Positions 27,426 through 41,823 of a stretch of DNA of 52,949 bases are shown piece by piece. Below the pieces are notes generated by a model. The model worked only from the letters and a program-made list of their open reading frames with translations. It had not been told where the DNA came from and ran no database searches. Positions within the stretch are counted from its first letter, which is position 1, and the number at the start of each line of letters is the position of its first letter. The stretch comes from Thermodesulfovibrionales bacterium. Its GTDB lineage: Bacteria; Nitrospirota; Thermodesulfovibrionia; Thermodesulfovibrionales; UBA6898. The stretch spans positions 1 through 52,949 of the forward strand of contig JBIOIY010000012.1 in the NCBI GenBank assembly GCA_044450345.1, read 5' to 3'. A program made the translations under genes and the position numbers.

Positions 27426-28463
27426 TCACGCCGATTTCCCCCGAAGCGCCCGGATTACGAACCCGATTAGAAGTACGGCAGCCAATACTATGGCGGAGCC
27501 GACAATTCCTGACACCGACTTGCCGGGTTCTACTACAGGCCGGAAGTGCCCCTCTTTCCCTTTTTCAGCTCCTTCAGGCTTCTTAAAGCCATAGTCAGGG
27601 AGGAAGGCCGTCTTATCCTGAATTGACTTCAGCATCGGCGCTATCCCGCTCACCTTTTCCGGAAGCTCCGGTCTTCCGAAGACCTTTTCTATCGACCATT
27701 CAAGGCCGTCAGGGTTGGCGGATGCAAACCATGAAAGCGTCCCGCCGGTGACCACAGCTACTATTAACAAACCGACAAAAATCTTATTGGTCGAAACATG
27801 GGCGGAAAGCCGACGCTCAGCCGTAACTCCTTCGAGTATCTCAGGCCGTGCAGCCTTGACGAAATTGATCGCGCCCGCCGTCACAAACCCTTCGACCAGG
27901 CCGATGCCTAAATGGATAGGCTGCATCAGGAGGAGGAAGGCGCTGAAGGGAAGCTCGCTCCTGCCCGAAAGAAACGTTTCGATGACCACGGAGAAAGCCC
28001 CCAACTGGAGTGCGACAATGCCGCTTATTACGGCAGCTACCGTAACTCTTTTTGGAGTAATTTCCGGCCCGACTAGCGGCCTGTATATCAGAGGATAGGC
28101 GATGAAACAAGGGTATATGCCAAGGTTCCAGATATTACAGCCGAGCGCAAGGAGTCCGCCGTCGGCAAAAAAGAATGCCTGGACGGTCAGCACCGAGGCC
28201 ATCACGAGAAAGGCGGCATAGGGGCCTAAAATGACAGCAAGGATCATCCCTCCTCCGAGGTGGCCGCTCGATCCGGTCCCGGGAATCGTAAAGTTAATCA
28301 TCTGTGCAGCAAAGATAAAGGCGCCGAGTACACCCATCATGGGTATCAGCTTCTCATCCATGGTTTCTTTAAGTTTTTTCGAGCAGTATGCAATAGTCCC
28401 TAATGTGCCCGCCCAGAAGGCGGCACCGACCTCCGGTGAAAGTAATGCATCAGCCATGTGCAT
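27426..28463 (-). CDS. cbiM: Ni/Co ECF S component CbiM/NikM fused to PDGLE domain
   Basis: MHMAD start, AFIFAAQM, GSSGH, ADGG, PDGLEW. Confidence 0.9.
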   Translation of the reverse strand: MHMADALLSPEVGAAFWAGTLGTIAYCSKKLKETMDEKLIPMMGVLGAFIFAAQMINFTIPGTGSSGHLGGGMILAVILGPYAAFLVMASVLTVQAFFFADGGLLALGCNIWNLGIYPCFIAYPLIYRPLVGPEITPKRVTVAAVISGIVALQLGAFSVVIETFLSGRSELPFSAFLLLMQPIHLGIGLVEGFVTAGAINFVKAARPEILEGVTAERRLSAHVSTNKIFVGLLIVAVVTGGTLSWFASANPDGLEWSIEKVFGRPELPEKVSGIAPMLKSIQDKTAFLPDYGFKKPEGAEKGKEGHFRPVVEPGKSVSGIVGSAIVLAAVLLIGFVIRALRGKSA

Positions 28464-28512
28464 GTTTGTTTCTCCTGTCCGCCGCACGCTGCAACTTCTT
28501 AATTTTGGAAAT

Positions 28513-28574
28513 AAAAAAGCCACAAAGGCCATTTCGAATAGGACCTGCGGTCCTTTTTCGAGCCTTCGTGGCTT
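28513..28574 (-). terminator. Leader terminator/attenuator hairpin upstream of cbiM
   Basis: AAGCCACGAAGGC...GCCTTTGTGGCTT TTTT between TTGAAT/TACGAT promoter-like boxes and cbiM. Confidence 0.65.
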
Positions 28575-28720
28575 CGAGTTCTGATGTAATCGTAGCACAA
28601 GTGGGACGATTATTCAAATTAGGACACTACTGCACTTTTGGGCAGTCTGCAGATTCGGCCAAATATAAGGGTGGTTTATGTTAAAATATTTGGTAACCTC
28701 TCAAAAGAGAAATTACACGA

Positions 28721-30235
28721 TTGGACAATCACATAAATAAAAGGATGCGCGGAAGGACCCGGAGGGCCGGGCCGCATTCAATTACATCTGGAAAATGCCC
28801 CCACCGCTCTCTCAATGAAGAACACGACGGGATATTCGCGGACAAACTTCATGAGGAATGCGGGGTCTTCGGCATTTTAGGCCATCCCGAGGCTGCAAAC
28901 CTCACATATCTAGGGTTATATGCCCTCCAGCACAGGGGACAGGAGAGCGCGGGGATATGTTCCGCCGACGGCAAGCAGATGTTTGTTGAAAAGGCGATGG
29001 GCCTTGTGGCGGACATATTCAGTGAAAAGAGGCTGAAGAAACTCCCCGGCCACATTGCAATCGGCCATAACCGGTATTCAACAGCCGGCAGCAGCATCCT
29101 CAAGAACGTCCAGCCTATCGTTGCAAATTTTTCCCTCGGCATGCTGGCGCTTGCTCACAACGGCAACCTCGTGAATGCCAACGAGCTTAGAAAGACCCTC
29201 GAGGAAGAGGGTGCAATCTTCCAGTCCACCTCCGACAGCGAAGTCATCGTGCATCTTATCGCTCATTCGAAAGGCGAGAGCTTTTATGAGAGGGTCATCC
29301 AGGCGTTGAAGGCGGTCAGCGGCGCCTTCAGCCTCCTTATCCTCAGGGAAAATGAGCTGATCGCCGCGAGGGATACATACGGCGTGAGACCTCTTTGTCT
29401 CGGCCAGGTCGATGGGGCTTATGTTGTTGCATCTGAGACATGCGCGCTCGACCTGATCAGCGCAAAGTATGTGCGCGACATCGAGCCCGGAGAAATCGTT
29501 ATCATCAACGAGCAGGGCATTACGTCCCTTAAGGCCCTGCCGAACACGGAAAAGGCCTTTTGCATCTTCGAGTTTATTTATTTTTCGAGGCCCGACAGCA
29601 ATATATTCGGCGGGCAGAACGTCAACGGCATCAGAAAGGAATTCGGCAGGCAGCTTGCGAGGGAATCGAAGATAGAAGCCGACCTTGTGATCCCCGTACC
29701 GGACTCGGGCGTGCCCGCAGCCCTGGGGTTTTCCGAGGAGAGCGGCATCCCCTTTGATTTTGGCCTGATCAGGAACCATTATATCGGCAGGACCTTTATC
29801 GAGCCGAAGCAGAGTATCAGGCATTTCGGGGTGAAGATAAAACTCAACCCTGTCAGGAAGCTTATAGAGGGGAAAAGGATCGTCGTCATAGACGACTCGA
29901 TTGTAAGAGGCACCACCAGCAAGAAGATCGTCAAGATGCTGAGAGAAAACGGGGGTGCGTCTGAGGTCCACCTGAGGATAAGCTCTCCTCCTACCATCAT
30001 GCCCTGCTTTTACGGCATCGATACGCCTACGCGGCAGGAGTTGATCGCGTCGAGCCATGACGTGGAGGAGATCAAGAAATATGTGACCGCCGATTCCCTG
30101 GCATACCTGAGCATAGAGGGGCTTCTCAAAATAGTGCCGGATTCGCAGCACTATTGCACTGCCTGTTTTGACAATGTCTACCCGATCAGCTTCCCGGGGG
30201 AGCATCTGGAGCAGCTGGAGTTCTTTTTTAAATAA
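28721..30235 (+). CDS. purF: Amidophosphoribosyltransferase (start uncertain)
   Basis: [29 protein letters not shown]. Confidence 0.96.
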   Translation: MDNHINKRMRGRTRRAGPHSITSGKCPHRSLNEEHDGIFADKLHEECGVFGILGHPEAANLTYLGLYALQHRGQESAGICSADGKQMFVEKAMGLVADIFSEKRLKKLPGHIAIGHNRYSTAGSSILKNVQPIVANFSLGMLALAHNGNLVNANELRKTLEEEGAIFQSTSDSEVIVHLIAHSKGESFYERVIQALKAVSGAFSLLILRENELIAARDTYGVRPLCLGQVDGAYVVASETCALDLISAKYVRDIEPGEIVIINEQGITSLKALPNTEKAFCIFEFIYFSRPDSNIFGGQNVNGIRKEFGRQLARESKIEADLVIPVPDSGVPAALGFSEESGIPFDFGLIRNHYIGRTFIEPKQSIRHFGVKIKLNPVRKLIEGKRIVVIDDSIVRGTTSKKIVKMLRENGGASEVHLRISSPPTIMPCFYGIDTPTRQELIASSHDVEEIKKYVTADSLAYLSIEGLLKIVPDSQHYCTACFDNVYPISFPGEHLEQLEFFFK

Positions 30236-30288
30236 AAAAAGGACAGGGTGCCTCCACACCTGATTGTCCGGTTTCGAGGAGGGAATCT

Positions 30289-31422
30289 GTGATCACTTCG
30301 GTGCTGAGAGACATATTCAGGGTCAACCTCGGGGTGAAAAAGACAGAGAGGTGCCTCATTTTTACCGATCTGATCCAGCCTATCGAGCAGATATCCCAAG
30401 CGGAGACCGAAAAAAGGTCCAGACTCAAATGTATCGCGTTCTTCGCCTCAGAAATCGGGAAATCTTTTGCAAAAAAAATCGATGTCCTTGACTTTCCGGC
30501 GACCGGCAGCCATGGCGCAGAGCCTCCGGCAGAAATCTGGGAGGCCGCATTCGGCGAAAGGGCCGTCAGGGAGATAGACCTTAGGGGGCTTCTTGGACCG
30601 CTTCTCAGCAAGAAGGCCGGCGATGCAGAGATCGGCAACGCGGAGGCGATCCTGCGGAGGTTCAAGAAGGACGCCGTGGATGTCGTCATCGCGCTATCCT
30701 TCTTTTCAACAAGCCATACCAGGTTCAGGGACCTGCTGACGCAAATATGCGGGACCAGGTATGCAAGTATGCCGCTTTTTGAATTTTCGATGCTGGAAGG
30801 ACCGATGGCCGTCGACTGGAGAATGCTTGCGAAGATTTCCCGAAAAATCGCAGGCAGGATAAACAAGGCCGAGGAGGTCGAGATCGCTACTCCCAATGGA
30901 TCGAAACTTTCGTTTTCGATCAGGGGCAGAAAGGCGCTTGCCGACACAGGGATATTGGTGAAGCCGGGATCGTTCGGCAATCTCCCCGCGGGGGAGGTTT
31001 TTCTGGCGCCTGTTGAGGGCAGTTCAAACGGAAGGCTCGTACTTGAGTGGGCCCCTACCAGGGAACTCTCTTCCCCTGTTACCCTTGTGGTGAGGCAAGG
31101 CATGGTCCAGGAGATAATCGGGGATGAGTCCTTTGCGGAAGAGTTGAAAAAGAGGTTGCGGGAGAAAGGGGAAAACCGGAATATCGCCGAGTTCGGCATA
31201 GGAACGAACGAAAGGGCAAAGCGGCCGGACAATATCCTTGAATCCGAAAAGATACTGGGCACGATCCATGTCGCCCTCGGGGACAACAGCACGTTCGGCG
31301 GCAAGGTGCGGACGCCTTTTCATCAGGATTTTGTTTTTTTCAAGCCGACGGTTTTCCTGCTCCACAAGGACGGGAGCAAGTCATTGTTGATGAAGAAAGG
31401 GAAATTACAGGTGATATCATGA
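30289..31422 (+). CDS. M29-like metallo-aminopeptidase
   Basis: NLPAGE, AEFGIGTN, EKILGTIHVALGDN. Confidence 0.85.
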   Translation: MITSVLRDIFRVNLGVKKTERCLIFTDLIQPIEQISQAETEKRSRLKCIAFFASEIGKSFAKKIDVLDFPATGSHGAEPPAEIWEAAFGERAVREIDLRGLLGPLLSKKAGDAEIGNAEAILRRFKKDAVDVVIALSFFSTSHTRFRDLLTQICGTRYASMPLFEFSMLEGPMAVDWRMLAKISRKIAGRINKAEEVEIATPNGSKLSFSIRGRKALADTGILVKPGSFGNLPAGEVFLAPVEGSSNGRLVLEWAPTRELSSPVTLVVRQGMVQEIIGDESFAEELKKRLREKGENRNIAEFGIGTNERAKRPDNILESEKILGTIHVALGDNSTFGGKVRTPFHQDFVFFKPTVFLLHKDGSKSLLMKKGKLQVIS

Positions 31423-31736
31423 CAGAATTTATCGTAGTCCTGATAACCGCTTCGAAAGAAGATGAGGCGGCGCGGATCGCACAGGAACTCGTGGATTCCC
31501 GGTTGGCCGCGTGCGTAAACATAGTGAAAGGCATACGCTCCATCTATCGCTGGAAGGGCAAGAGAGAAGATGAAGCGGAGGTCCTTATGGTCGTGAAAAC
31601 GAGACGGGACCTCTTCGATGCGCTTAAGAAGAGGGTGAAGGAACTCCACAGTTATTCCATTCCCGAGATCATTGCCCTGCCTGTCATAGATGGGTCCGAA
31701 GAGTACCTCAAATGGCTTCACGAAGAGACCGGTTAG
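31419..31736 (+). CDS. cutA: Divalent cation tolerance protein CutA
   Basis: RLAACVN, SIYRWKG, HSYSIPEII. Confidence 0.95.
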   Translation: MTEFIVVLITASKEDEAARIAQELVDSRLAACVNIVKGIRSIYRWKGKREDEAEVLMVVKTRRDLFDALKKRVKELHSYSIPEIIALPVIDGSEEYLKWLHEETG

Positions 31737-31799
31737 AAATAGGATCGCAGCGCAACACCGGTGTGCGTATGTCAGTCTTATTCCACTTTCTCTATGCGA

Positions 31800-33857
<2,058 letters not shown>

Positions 33858-33896
33858 TTACCCATAAAATATATCATAAGTCGACTGCAAAGATTT

Positions 33897-34325
33897 TTAC
33901 CTCGGCACCCAGACCTTCCCCTTGTCGATTATATGCTCGACCCTCCACCCCCTCTTGTGGAGTTCTCTGGATATCCACTTGCGGTGGCATTTCCAGGGCA
34001 GCTTTTCGGAACATGCGATCACGGAAATCCTTTCCGCTGCAATCGTTTCGACCGAGTCTATCCCCTTCTGAAAATCCTCTGTAACGATATAGGCGACGTA
34101 GCCCCCTCTCCTGAGGCCGCCGAGTTCTTTGCCGAGGAAATGGTATTGGATCCCGTGCATCGGAAGAAGTTCTTCGAGGGTGTCCCTGTGAAAAAGAGGG
34201 TCTTTGCTTCTAGGGAAACTCCTCACGTCAAGGAATGCCTCAATTCCGTAACTAAGAAGGATCTCGATGAAGTCTTCCCTGCTTCTCCTGTCTGTTCCGA
34301 GAGTATAGATAATTTTTTCTCGCAT
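33897..34325 (-). CDS. DUF488 family protein
   Basis: IYTLG, DVRSFPRS, LGG.R, CSE..CHR. Confidence 0.85.
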   Translation of the reverse strand: MREKIIYTLGTDRRSREDFIEILLSYGIEAFLDVRSFPRSKDPLFHRDTLEELLPMHGIQYHFLGKELGGLRRGGYVAYIVTEDFQKGIDSVETIAAERISVIACSEKLPWKCHRKWISRELHKRGWRVEHIIDKGKVWVPR

Positions 34326-34398
34326 TATTAATAAAATAGCATGAATATTCGTTTTTTCCTTGACATTAAGCACATATTTAAAGGAAAATTGGTGCGTA

Positions 34399-35646
34399 AT
34401 GCGAAGATTAAAAAGCTTTCATCTAGTATTTCTTGCCCTGGCTTTAGTCCTGATCCTCCCTGTTCTCTCCTATGCCGAAGATAAGGCGAACGATGAGATA
34501 CTGCTGGCCTCTTCATCTCCTGTGCAGGATGAAAAGGCCCTTGAAAAGGTCCCGGAGAAGACATCCTCACCCTCAGCATTTCATTCATCGGCCTATGATA
34601 CAAACGGCGCTGCGTCAAAGGCGGTCGAAAAGAACGTTGGGTTCTTCACCACGAGGATTAGGGACAAATTCTCTTTATGGCTCAGCAGGTCCGGGCAGTA
34701 TCTCGATCTGATGAAGGGGATACTCCGGAAAAAGGACGTCCCGGAAGACATTGTCTTCCTTTCACTGATAGAAAGCGGATTTAACCCCAACGCCTATTCG
34801 ATTGCGAAGGCAGTCGGGCCCTGGCAGTTTATCTCTTCCACGGCTAAGCGGTATGGCCTTCAGATCAATTGGTGGAAGGACGAAAGGAGAGACCCGGTAA
34901 AATCCACCACGGCAGCTGCGGACTACCTAAAGGACCTTTACGGGATGTTCGGCTCATGGAACTTTGCTATGGCAGCCTACAATGCGGGTGAGGGCAAGAT
35001 CCTCAGGGCAATCAAGAAAAGCAGGGCGGACGATTATTGGGACCTTCTCGATACAAAGCATATAAGGAATGAAACTAAGGAATATGTCCCTAAATTTATC
35101 GCGGCAAGCATTATCGCCCGTAATCCCGAAGATTTCGGCTTTCTTGATATAGAATATAACGAGCCGCTCAGTTATGACGAAGTCGAACTTGATTCACCAG
35201 TCGATCTTGCGGTCGTTGCGGAATGCGCCGACACTGAGCTTGAAGTGATAAAGAAGCTCAACCCGGAGTTGAGGAGATGGTGCACGCCGCCGGATGTCGC
35301 GAAGTATATGTTGAAGATCCCTCAGGGGACGAAGGACACCTTCCTGGAGAAACTGTCGGCTGTTCCTGAAGAGGAGAGATTTACGATCGACAGGTACACA
35401 GTGAAAAAAAGCGACACCTTCAAAAAGATAGCAAGGATGACCGGGGTCCCCGAATCCGTGATTCTGTCGCTGAATTCAATGGAAAAGATTATGCCTCTCA
35501 AGGTCGGCAGCAAGATATATCTGCCTCCCAAAGGCCTTTATACGGTGGATGCCGATGACAGGTCTTCGCTGAAAAAGGTCTCCCACAAACACAAGAAGAA
35601 AAAGACCTCGGCGAAAAGGTCTTCAAGACACGGCAAAAAAGTCTAA
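34399..35646 (+). CDS. Lytic transglycosylase (MltD-like) with LysM domain
   Basis: IESGF, GPWQF, AAYNAGEG, ETKEYVPK. Confidence 0.9.
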   Translation: MRRLKSFHLVFLALALVLILPVLSYAEDKANDEILLASSSPVQDEKALEKVPEKTSSPSAFHSSAYDTNGAASKAVEKNVGFFTTRIRDKFSLWLSRSGQYLDLMKGILRKKDVPEDIVFLSLIESGFNPNAYSIAKAVGPWQFISSTAKRYGLQINWWKDERRDPVKSTTAAADYLKDLYGMFGSWNFAMAAYNAGEGKILRAIKKSRADDYWDLLDTKHIRNETKEYVPKFIAASIIARNPEDFGFLDIEYNEPLSYDEVELDSPVDLAVVAECADTELEVIKKLNPELRRWCTPPDVAKYMLKIPQGTKDTFLEKLSAVPEEERFTIDRYTVKKSDTFKKIARMTGVPESVILSLNSMEKIMPLKVGSKIYLPPKGLYTVDADDRSSLKKVSHKHKKKKTSAKRSSRHGKKV

Positions 35647-35706
35647 GTCAGCACAAATAAACCGGTCAATTCATAAACTAACTCATTATCGCAACGCCTT
35701 TCACTC

Positions 35707-36399
35707 CTATTTCTTCTCCGCGATCTTTGCCTGTGCTTCCGCCAGGAACGGCGAATCTTTGAACTTGTCGGCGAGCTCTTTATACTTTGCCAGTGCCTCT
35801 TCCTTCTTTCCATCGCTTTCGAGGATCCTCGCGGACTCGACAAGTGCGAGGTCTTTATAGATGCTGTCGCTGGATTTATAGAGCGCATCAAGCGCCTTCA
35901 GCGCTTCGCTCTTATTCCCCTTCCTAAGCTGTATGTCAGCCATCTTCTGGTATGCCAGGGGAAGTACATTCTTGTCCGAGGAATAGTTTTTTGCAAGCTG
36001 ATCGAGGCCCTTTAATGCGTCATCGTATTTGCCGAGTTCCGCGTTGGCGGACGCGATGTAAAGGAGCAGTCTTGCGGATCTTTTTTTGTTATAAGCCTGC
36101 TGAAACAAGTCGAGGGCCTTCTGGTACCTTTCCTGTGCGGAAATCGGCTGTTTCTGATATTCGTTGTAATAGACTTTATAAGCCTCGTACTCCAGCTGAC
36201 GGGCCTTTTCTCCCTCCGAGTACTGATACAAGAAAAAGCCTGCGACGGCGACAATAGCGACAGCGATAACGGCCACGTAAGTGAGCACTGTTTTTTGTTT
36301 TCCCTTGAGTTGGTCCTTGATGCCGGAGAGTCTGTCTATGACCTCGGTCTCAACCCCGACATTTTTTTTCTTTGCTTTTTTCTTAATAACCCGTGGCAT
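35707..36399 (-). CDS. Membrane-anchored TPR protein (YfgM-like)
   Basis: One TM then TPR-like helices. Confidence 0.75.
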   Translation of the reverse strand: MPRVIKKKAKKKNVGVETEVIDRLSGIKDQLKGKQKTVLTYVAVIAVAIVAVAGFFLYQYSEGEKARQLEYEAYKVYYNEYQKQPISAQERYQKALDLFQQAYNKKRSARLLLYIASANAELGKYDDALKGLDQLAKNYSSDKNVLPLAYQKMADIQLRKGNKSEALKALDALYKSSDSIYKDLALVESARILESDGKKEEALAKYKELADKFKDSPFLAEAQAKIAEKK

Positions 36400-37055
36400 T
36401 AAGCCCTCCTTGACGCTCTTTCTATCAAATGTTTTGAATTTTCGAATATGGAGTCTATCCTGTTTTCCTCTATGCCTGCAGCTAACAGAACGATCCTCGC
36501 GGTCTCTGATGTGATGAGGTCGGAGGGACCGTGACTGTCGGTGTTGATGCAGAGAGGAACTCCGAAACGCATCGCTTCTTTTGCTACGTAGCCGTTCGAC
36601 AGAGAATGTCCTTTGCGTGAAGTTATTTCCAGACAGACATTCTTTTCCTTCGCCGAAAGCAGGTCTTCAGTGGATATAAGGCCGGGGTGGGCAATGATGT
36701 CCACACCCGCCTGGATCGCTGCCCTGTTTGTCCCCTTTCTTACAGGCTCCACTATCGTCTCGCCATGGACGATGACGATCTTTGCCCCCAGCCGCCTCGC
36801 CTCCTTTACCAGCTCGGGGATGATTTCGGGAGGGACGTGGGTTATCTCTGCGCCCGGCAACACCTCCAAAGAAACCAGGGGCCTTATTTTTTCGATGGCC
36901 TTGACGATCCTCGGGATAATGAAGTCGATATTCGAGGAGTCCATATGGTCGGTGATCGCAAGCGCGGTATACCCCATATCCTCCGCCCTACGGATCAGCT
37001 CGAACGGGATGAGTTCGCCGTCGCTGAATACCGTATGAGTGTGCAAATCTATCAT
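36399..37055 (-). CDS. PHP-domain protein
   Basis: DLHTHT..SDG, AITDH, AHP, NTDSH. Confidence 0.9.
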   Translation of the reverse strand: MIDLHTHTVFSDGELIPFELIRRAEDMGYTALAITDHMDSSNIDFIIPRIVKAIEKIRPLVSLEVLPGAEITHVPPEIIPELVKEARRLGAKIVIVHGETIVEPVRKGTNRAAIQAGVDIIAHPGLISTEDLLSAKEKNVCLEITSRKGHSLSNGYVAKEAMRFGVPLCINTDSHGPSDLITSETARIVLLAAGIEENRIDSIFENSKHLIERASRRA

Positions 37056-37333
37056 CTTAAAAAGATACAGGAAGACGGAGAAAAATGTAAAGCGATCCGC
37101 GGCATGGGGAAGCCCGGCGGCAAGGTGGATGTTTCAATTGTTGGTCCATGGCAGCAGCGGACCGCTTCTTTTGCAGATCATACGTCAGGTTTTTTCTTAC
37201 AAAGGAATAAGTATATTTCCTACACGCGGATGAGTCGTAGTCTGATTTATTGTTAGTGCGCCGGCATGTATCCTATATTGGAAGCTATTTAATCACCACA
37301 TTGTCCCTCTGTCAGGAGGAAGAGACGGCTTGA

Positions 37334-37705
37334 ATGAATATAAACGCCAGGGAAAGAGAAATTGAGAAGCCTGTGAACTGTTGGCAGTATATGTCATGCG
37401 GAAGGGAGCCCGGCGGGGCCCATACTGACCTGTTCGGCGTTTGTCCTGCTTCCACAGATAATAGGCTCGACGGAGTTCACGGCGGCAAAAACGCCGGAAG
37501 GGCGTGTTGGGTCATAGCCGGCTCTTTCACGAAGGAGGACGATGAGATGGCTATCCCCGGGAGGCGTAGGGACTGTGCTGCGTGCGGTTTCTATAAAGCT
37601 GTTCAGCAGGAAGAAGGCAGGTATACCTGGCCCACGGCATTCCTTCAAAAATTACTGGTAGGAAAAAAAATGGACCGGAGACGTTGTTTCAACCGTAGTG
37701 TCTGA
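37334..37705 (+). CDS. Two-CW-domain Cys-rich protein
   Basis: NCWQYMSCGR..CPA..GRACWVIAG..C..C.FY. Confidence 0.8.
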   Translation: MNINAREREIEKPVNCWQYMSCGREPGGAHTDLFGVCPASTDNRLDGVHGGKNAGRACWVIAGSFTKEDDEMAIPGRRRDCAACGFYKAVQQEEGRYTWPTAFLQKLLVGKKMDRRRCFNRSV

Positions 37706-38398
37706 GTGACTAGAGTGCGGCCGCCCTGGCCAGCGTCAGCACAACGACCTCGGAAGCGCCTGCTTCGATGAGCTGTTTAGAGCACTCGCCGGCGGTGGCC
37801 CCAGTCGTCATCACGTCATCCACAAGCATTACGCGGTTGCCCCTGAATTGTCTTGTTGCGACGAACGCACCTCTGAGGTTCTTTGTACGCTCTTTGGCCG
37901 AAAGGCCGATCTGGGGAAGGGTATCGACCTTCTTGAACAGCCCGTCCATGACCAGAGGGATGTTCTTTTTGTCCGAGATGGTTTTTGCGAGGAGAAGAGA
38001 CTGGTTGAAACCACGGCTTCTCAGTCCCCTGATGCTCAGGGGGACCGGTACGATGGCATCGATGCCGCCCATGTCGAAGTTGAGGAGGAGATTTCCCAAC
38101 GGCTTATGGAGCCGTTTTATCCCGTGGAATTTAAAGAGGTTTATCGCTTCCGAAAGTGTATCTTTGTATATTCCGAAGCTCACCGCTTTCGAAAAGAGAG
38201 GAGGTCTCTTCAGACAATCGGAGCATATTTCAGCGTATTCCGATGAAAAGGGAGTTGCGCATATATTACACGAGGGGCCTGTGTATTTTTCGATCCCGCA
38301 CCAGCAGGCGGCACAGAAGGGGGCGGTCGCAAAAGTGTCAGTCGTTCGACTGCAGACCGGACAGTCCGACGGGAAGAGTAGGTTTATGATTTGTGAGA

Positions 38399-40206
<1,808 letters not shown>

Positions 40207-40230
40207 TCATTATTTGATTTCTTCCCCGTA

Positions 40231-41808
40231 TCAGAGACTTATCTGCTTTACGGACAGGATGTTCGGCAACCGTTTGACCTCCTCGATTACTTCGGGAGTG
40301 GGAACCGAATCGATGCTGACTACGGAGATGGCCATGCCCCCTGCCGTCTCCCTGCCGAAATGCATGCGCGCGATGTTAATGTTGTTTTTCCCCATCAGCA
40401 TGCCGATATTGCCGATGACCCCCGGCCTGTCATTGTTATAGATGAGGAGCAGCTCGCCTTCAGGAACGATCTCGACCTTGAATTCGTCAATGAGCACTAC
40501 CCTTGGGTCCTTCTTGCTGAAGAGCGTTCCGGCAACGTAGCTCTCCCGCCCGTTCGCCTTTATCTTAAGGGCGATCATGCTGTTGTAATCACCGGCATCG
40601 CCGCTCTTTATCTCCTTCACCTCTATCCCCCGCTCCTTGGCGATGATAGGCGCATTGACGAAGTTGACTGTTTCGAAGAGGATAGGCGACAGAAATCCCT
40701 TTATGGCAGCTATCGTCACCGGTGCGGTGTTGATTTCCGCTGCAGCGCCCCTGAATTCGACCGTGATTTCGGTAACTCCGCCTTCGAAGATCTGCGCGGA
40801 GAACCCGCCAATCTTTTCGGCCAGATTGATATAAGGCTGAAGGCGCGGGACCTGTTCGTTTGGGATAGACGGGAAGTTTACGGCGTTTCTTATCACGCCG
40901 AACACGAGATAATCCGCGATCTGCTCTGCTACCGCCACCGCCACATTTTCCTGTGCCTCTTCGGTCGAAGCACCGAGATGGGGCGTGCAGACCACGTTAT
41001 CGAGCGTCAGCAGCGGATTGTTTTCAGGGGGCTCTTTCTCGAACACATCGAGAGCAGCCCCGGCCACCTTGCCGCTCTTAAGCGCCTCGTAGAGGTCGGC
41101 CTCATTTATTATGCCTCCCCGGGCGCAGTTGATGATCCGAACGCCGTCTTTCATCCTGCTTATTGTCTTTGAGTTTATGACGCCCTTTGTTTCGGCAGTC
41201 ATCGGAGTATGAATGGTGATGAAATCAGACTGGGCAAAGAGTTCATCCAGCGAGACCTTCCTGATGCCCGTGGCCTTTGCCTTGTCCTCGCTCAGGAATG
41301 GGTCGTAGGCGATAACGTTCATCTCGAGCCCCTGGGCCTTCTTTGCCACCTGACTGCCGATATTGCCGAGGCCGACGATTCCCAATGTCTTATGGAAAAG
41401 CTCCACTCCCATAAACTTCTTTTTTTCCCACTTGCCCGCCTTCATGGAGGCTGTGGCCTGAGGGATCAGACGTGCGACCGAAAAGAGCATCGCAATCGAA
41501 TGCTCGGCAGTGGTCATCGTATTGCCCCCCGGCGTGTTCATCACAACGATACCCTTTTTTGAAGCGGTGGCTTTATCGACATTGTCGAGGCCCGATCCGG
41601 CCCTTCCTATCACCTTGAGTTTTGACGCGGCTTCTATAACTGCGGCCGTTACTTTTGTCGCTGACCGGACGACCAGACCTTCGTAATCTCCTATGCAGGC
41701 AATGAGTTCTTCGGGCTTCATCCCGGTCTTGACATCCACGTCAAGACCCGCCTTCTTCAGGATCTCTACGCCCTTGGAAGAAATGTTATCGCTGACAAGA
41801 ACCTTCAT
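40231..41808 (-). CDS. serA: D-3-phosphoglycerate dehydrogenase
   Basis: GRAGSGLDN, GLGNIG, NCARG, TPHLGAST, ACT domain. Confidence 0.96.
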   Translation of the reverse strand: MKVLVSDNISSKGVEILKKAGLDVDVKTGMKPEELIACIGDYEGLVVRSATKVTAAVIEAASKLKVIGRAGSGLDNVDKATASKKGIVVMNTPGGNTMTTAEHSIAMLFSVARLIPQATASMKAGKWEKKKFMGVELFHKTLGIVGLGNIGSQVAKKAQGLEMNVIAYDPFLSEDKAKATGIRKVSLDELFAQSDFITIHTPMTAETKGVINSKTISRMKDGVRIINCARGGIINEADLYEALKSGKVAGAALDVFEKEPPENNPLLTLDNVVCTPHLGASTEEAQENVAVAVAEQIADYLVFGVIRNAVNFPSIPNEQVPRLQPYINLAEKIGGFSAQIFEGGVTEITVEFRGAAAEINTAPVTIAAIKGFLSPILFETVNFVNAPIIAKERGIEVKEIKSGDAGDYNSMIALKIKANGRESYVAGTLFSKKDPRVVLIDEFKVEIVPEGELLLIYNNDRPGVIGNIGMLMGKNNINIARMHFGRETAGGMAISVVSIDSVPTPEVIEEVKRLPNILSVKQISL

Positions 41809-41823
41809 TAACTTTTTTTCCTC

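Noticed and set aside
25604..28463. cbiMQO as dedicated cobalt supply for HgcA
   Set aside because: More than 20 kb away with unrelated genes between; Ni versus Co specificity cannot be read from the sequence
28592..28627. NikR operator upstream of cbiM
   Set aside because: Only one convincing GTGCTAC half-site
29078..30259. Long antisense ORFs (also 30228-31304, 39592-41172, 10928-11734, 21718-22560)
   Set aside because: Shadows of well-supported genes on the opposite strand with no motifs of their own
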